Shown one piece after another: positions 61,433-64,000 of a DNA stretch of 64,000 nt. The notes under the pieces were generated by a model. That model worked only from the letters and a program-made list of their open reading frames with translations, did no database searches and was not told where the DNA came from. Source of the DNA: Anaerolineales bacterium (lineage in GTDB: Bacteria; Chloroflexota; Anaerolineae; Anaerolineales; Villigracilaceae); contig DAOUBG010000007.1 of assembly GCA_034432895.1 (NCBI GenBank), positions 6,956 through 70,955 of the forward strand. The letters are read 5' to 3'. Every line of letters begins with the position of its first letter. Position 1 is the stretch's first letter. A program made the position numbers and the translations under genes.

Positions 61433-61510
61433 TTCCACCTTCCACAGTCTACGGTCTATGATCCATGCCCAGAATCCACCGTCCACCTTCCGCGGTCTAC
61501 GGTCCACCAT
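61433..61510 (+). repeat. C/T-rich word repeat, locus C
   Basis: The sequence is ttccaccttccacagtctacggtctatgatccatgcccagaatccaccgtccaccttccgcggtctacggtccaccat, immediately upstream of dnaG. Confidence 0.6.
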
Positions 61511-61548
61511 AACTTTCCCCTTTTTATACAATCGTCTATAATAACAAT

Positions 61549-63465
61549 ATGTCGGCGATCGAGGAGATCAAATCGCGCCTTTCGATTGTGGATATCGTCT
61601 CCGAAAGTGGCGTGAAGCTGCGCAAATCGGGCCGGACGTATATCGGCTTCTGCCCGTTTCATGCCAATACGCGCACGCCGGCCTTCGTCGTTTGGCCGGA
61701 GACAGGGACATGGCGCTGCTTCGGTCAGTGCAATGAGGGGGGAGATGTTTTCAAGTTCGTGATGAAAAAAGAGAACGTGGATTTTGGCGAGGCTTTGCGC
61801 CGCTTGGCCGCGCGTGCCGGGGTGACGCTTGAACCCTTGCGACCCGAACGAGCGGAAGAAAAAGAAGTCCAGGAGCATTTGCGGGCCCTGCTCGAAGAGG
61901 CGGTGCTCTTTTATCGTGGGCAGCTCTTGCAAAGGCCGGATGTGCTCGAATATTTACAGGTGAAGCGCCGGTTGCGGGCGGAGACGATCGAGGTGTTCGG
62001 CTTAGGGTATGCGCCGGCCGGGTGGGATGTGACGTTGCAACATTTCCTGCGCCGTGGCTATTCCGAGGAGAACTTGATCGCAGCCGGTTTGGTCAGCGTG
62101 CACGAGGAGGGGGAGCGAAAGCGCTTGTTTGACCGTTTTCGCAATCGCATTATGATCCCCATTCGCGATGACCAGGGGCGGATGGCCGGCTTTGGGGCGC
62201 GCGCTTGGGAGGCGGAAGATCAGCCGAAGTTCCTGAATTCGCCGGAGACGCCGCTTTTCAATAAGGGGCGCCTGCTCTATGGATTGGATCGGGCGCGTAA
62301 GGCGATCCGCACAGCCGATCAGGCGGTGATCGTGGAAGGCTATTTTGACGTGATGGCACTCCATCAGGCCGGGTTCGAGAACGTGGTTTCGCCAATGGGC
62401 ACTGCCTTGACCGCCGATCAGTTGCGCTTGCTCAAACGCTTCACGCGGCGATTAGTGCTGGCACTTGACCCGGATGCGGCCGGGCAGAAGGCGGTCTTGC
62501 GTGGGCTGGATGCAGTGCGCGAGGCGATGGACCGTGAGCAAGAGATCGCTTTTGACCCGTGGCGACTGATGCACTTCGAGAGCCGGTTACAGGCCGATCT
62601 GCGCGTGGTGACTCTGCCGCCGGGGTACGACCCCGATGATTTGGTGGCTCAGGATGTCACTGTATGGCCGCGGCTGCTTGCCGAAGCCCGCCCGGTGGTG
62701 ATCTACGTGATGGAAACGCTGGCCGAAGGCCGCGATTTGAACGATCCCAAGGTGAAGAGCGAGATCGCCGCTCAGGTTTTGCCTTTGATTAACGAGGTCC
62801 CGGATGCGGTGGAGCGCGATGCTTATCGGCAAGCGTTGGCACGTCTGCTACGGGTGGATGAACGCGTGTTCTTGGGCAGCGGTGCCCAAGGTCCCGCCAC
62901 GAGCCGCCGCCGAAAGAGGCCAGAAGCCCTGCCGGTTGCCGAAAGCAGGTCGGAAGGAGCAGCGCCCACGTGGCGCGGTTTTCGCCCAATGGAATCCTAT
63001 TGTTTGGCGATCTTGGTGCAATATCCCTATTTGCTCTATCGTTTAGACCGTTTGCTTCAGGAGCAGGGGCTATCTCCCCTGAGCACGGAAGATTTCGAGT
63101 ATACTGATCATCGTCAGTTGGTGAAGCTCTTGAGGCAAGCGCTGACCCAAGATGCTTTAGATTTCCAGGCGTACCTTTGGGAACATATCCCGGCGGAGTT
63201 GCAGGAGCGTTTGCGGGAGCTGGAAGGATTGGTCATTGCGGAGAAGCTGGAGGATCGTTTGCTGGAGGAGTTAGCGCGTAATGTGATCCATTTGCGCCGG
63301 CGGTTATATCAGGAAGGATTGGGACAATTGCGTTTCTTGCAAGAGGAGGCCCAGCAGGAGAAAGATGAGCGCCTGACGATTTACCAACAGATGGCGCGGG
63401 ATTACGCACATCTATTGCGCACGTTAGATATGGCATATCGTCATTTGATGATGGTGAGAGAATGA
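61549..63465 (+). CDS. dnaG: DNA primase
   Basis: It has the Zn finger CPFHANTRTPAFVVWPETGTWRCFGQC and TOPRIM blocks (VIVEGYFDVMALHQAG, LDPDAAGQKA). Confidence 0.93.
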   Translation: MSAIEEIKSRLSIVDIVSESGVKLRKSGRTYIGFCPFHANTRTPAFVVWPETGTWRCFGQCNEGGDVFKFVMKKENVDFGEALRRLAARAGVTLEPLRPERAEEKEVQEHLRALLEEAVLFYRGQLLQRPDVLEYLQVKRRLRAETIEVFGLGYAPAGWDVTLQHFLRRGYSEENLIAAGLVSVHEEGERKRLFDRFRNRIMIPIRDDQGRMAGFGARAWEAEDQPKFLNSPETPLFNKGRLLYGLDRARKAIRTADQAVIVEGYFDVMALHQAGFENVVSPMGTALTADQLRLLKRFTRRLVLALDPDAAGQKAVLRGLDAVREAMDREQEIAFDPWRLMHFESRLQADLRVVTLPPGYDPDDLVAQDVTVWPRLLAEARPVVIYVMETLAEGRDLNDPKVKSEIAAQVLPLINEVPDAVERDAYRQALARLLRVDERVFLGSGAQGPATSRRRKRPEALPVAESRSEGAAPTWRGFRPMESYCLAILVQYPYLLYRLDRLLQEQGLSPLSTEDFEYTDHRQLVKLLRQALTQDALDFQAYLWEHIPAELQERLRELEGLVIAEKLEDRLLEELARNVIHLRRRLYQEGLGQLRFLQEEAQQEKDERLTIYQQMARDYAHLLRTLDMAYRHLMMVRE

Positions 63466-64000
63466 CAGATAAAGATTCCAAAGAAAAAGAATTTGAAGCC
63501 AGGAACGATCTAGAGCCGCAGGTCGAATGGGAGGAGCAGGAGGATTGGCTGGACTTTGATGATCGTTTGCTGGAAGAAGCGCTACAGGAGGATCCGGTGC
63601 GCCTGTATTTGCGCGAGATTTCGCAGGTGCCGCTACTGAGCCCAGAGCAGGAGTTCCGCCTGGTAGCGCGCTTGGAGGGGCAGCGTGTGCTCCAGAGCTT
63701 GAGTGCCGAAAAAAGCCTGCGATCGCGCTTTCTGTGCCTGGGAGAGCGAATGTGCGGTTTGTGGCAAGGGGTTCTGCAAGGTGCCGAGGCGATGCCCGAT
63801 CTTTCGCTGATGGTGGCAGAGGCGCTGGCGCTACAAAAGGATTGGCAGGACGCGCTGCCTTCTTATACTTATGCCTGGTTGGATGGGCTGCCACGGGCGA
63901 AGGAGGGAGAATGGGGGGATCAGGCGGTGCGCTTATACGATCTATTCATTTGCTTTTATCTGTTGCCGCTGGAAACTGGCGAATGGTTGCTAGAATGGAC
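63462..64000 (+). CDS. rpoD: primary-type sigma-70 factor, N-terminal part (continues beyond the window)
   Basis: Not in the ORF track because there is no stop in the window. Hand translation from ATG 63462 (ATGA overlap with the dnaG stop) gives MTDKDSKEKEFEARNDLEP...EDPVRLYLREISQVPLLSPEQEFRLVARLEG (region 1.2) and the frame stays open to the window end. Confidence 0.75.
   Translation, partial: MTDKDSKEKEFEARNDLEPQVEWEEQEDWLDFDDRLLEEALQEDPVRLYLREISQVPLLSPEQEFRLVARLEGQRVLQSLSAEKSLRSRFLCLGERMCGLWQGVLQGAEAMPDLSLMVAEALALQKDWQDALPSYTYAWLDGLPRAKEGEWGDQAVRLYDLFICFYLLPLETGEWLLEW

Overview
This is a G+C-rich bacterial chromosomal segment. By gene content it looks like a Chloroflexota/Anaerolineae-type genome, but that is inference only. 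It is densely packed with about 55 CDS, and many junctions overlap by 1-4 nt (ATGA / TGATG / GTGA), which suggests translational coupling. I found no transposase, integrase, prophage or CRISPR array. In window order: a SAM-I riboswitch controls metH and a YitJ-like Hcy-methyltransferase/MTHFR gene (minus strand). A TetR gene with an operator palindrome leads menF-menD-menB-menE, followed by aroF-aroA-aroE-aroC. Next is a five-gene operon (large xylose-isomerase-like TIM barrel, LuxS, DHQ-synthase-like sugar-phosphate cyclase, UbiG-like methyltransferase, UbiA-family prenyltransferase) that resembles a remodelled ebo-type cluster. Then come bcp, a NarL-type two-component pair, a PRTase, a decayed DUF3782-like pseudogene, tRNA-Leu(GAG), plsX, a NERD-like membrane protein, an exonuclease-DinG fusion, an SH3/Fn3 lipoprotein and a GT-C-like membrane protein. 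The following minus-strand block holds pit, cofE, an F420 reductase, a methyltransferase, comEA, greA, dgt and tRNA-Leu(UAA). After fdhD comes a second minus-strand group: mnmA, a NifS-like desulfurase and a dihydropyrimidinase. The most unusual region is a 14.6-kb, ten-gene, tightly coupled operon at 42217-56842. It encodes a PATAN/DUF4388 protein, a CvnD/MglA-like GTPase, an alpha/beta hydrolase, a V4R protein, an LbH protein, an acyl-ACP-reductase-like enzyme, a REC-degenerate-GGDEF regulator, a 2450-aa kinase with 11 GAF domains, a REC protein and a second paralogous alpha/beta hydrolase. The window ends with a TPP riboswitch-thiN-thiB-thiP operon, hsp20, a small membrane protein and dnaG-rpoD. 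A short C/T-rich word repeat (TCCACNGTC / TCTACGGTC) recurs in four intergenic regions. All calls come from reading the sequence and translations. No database search was run.
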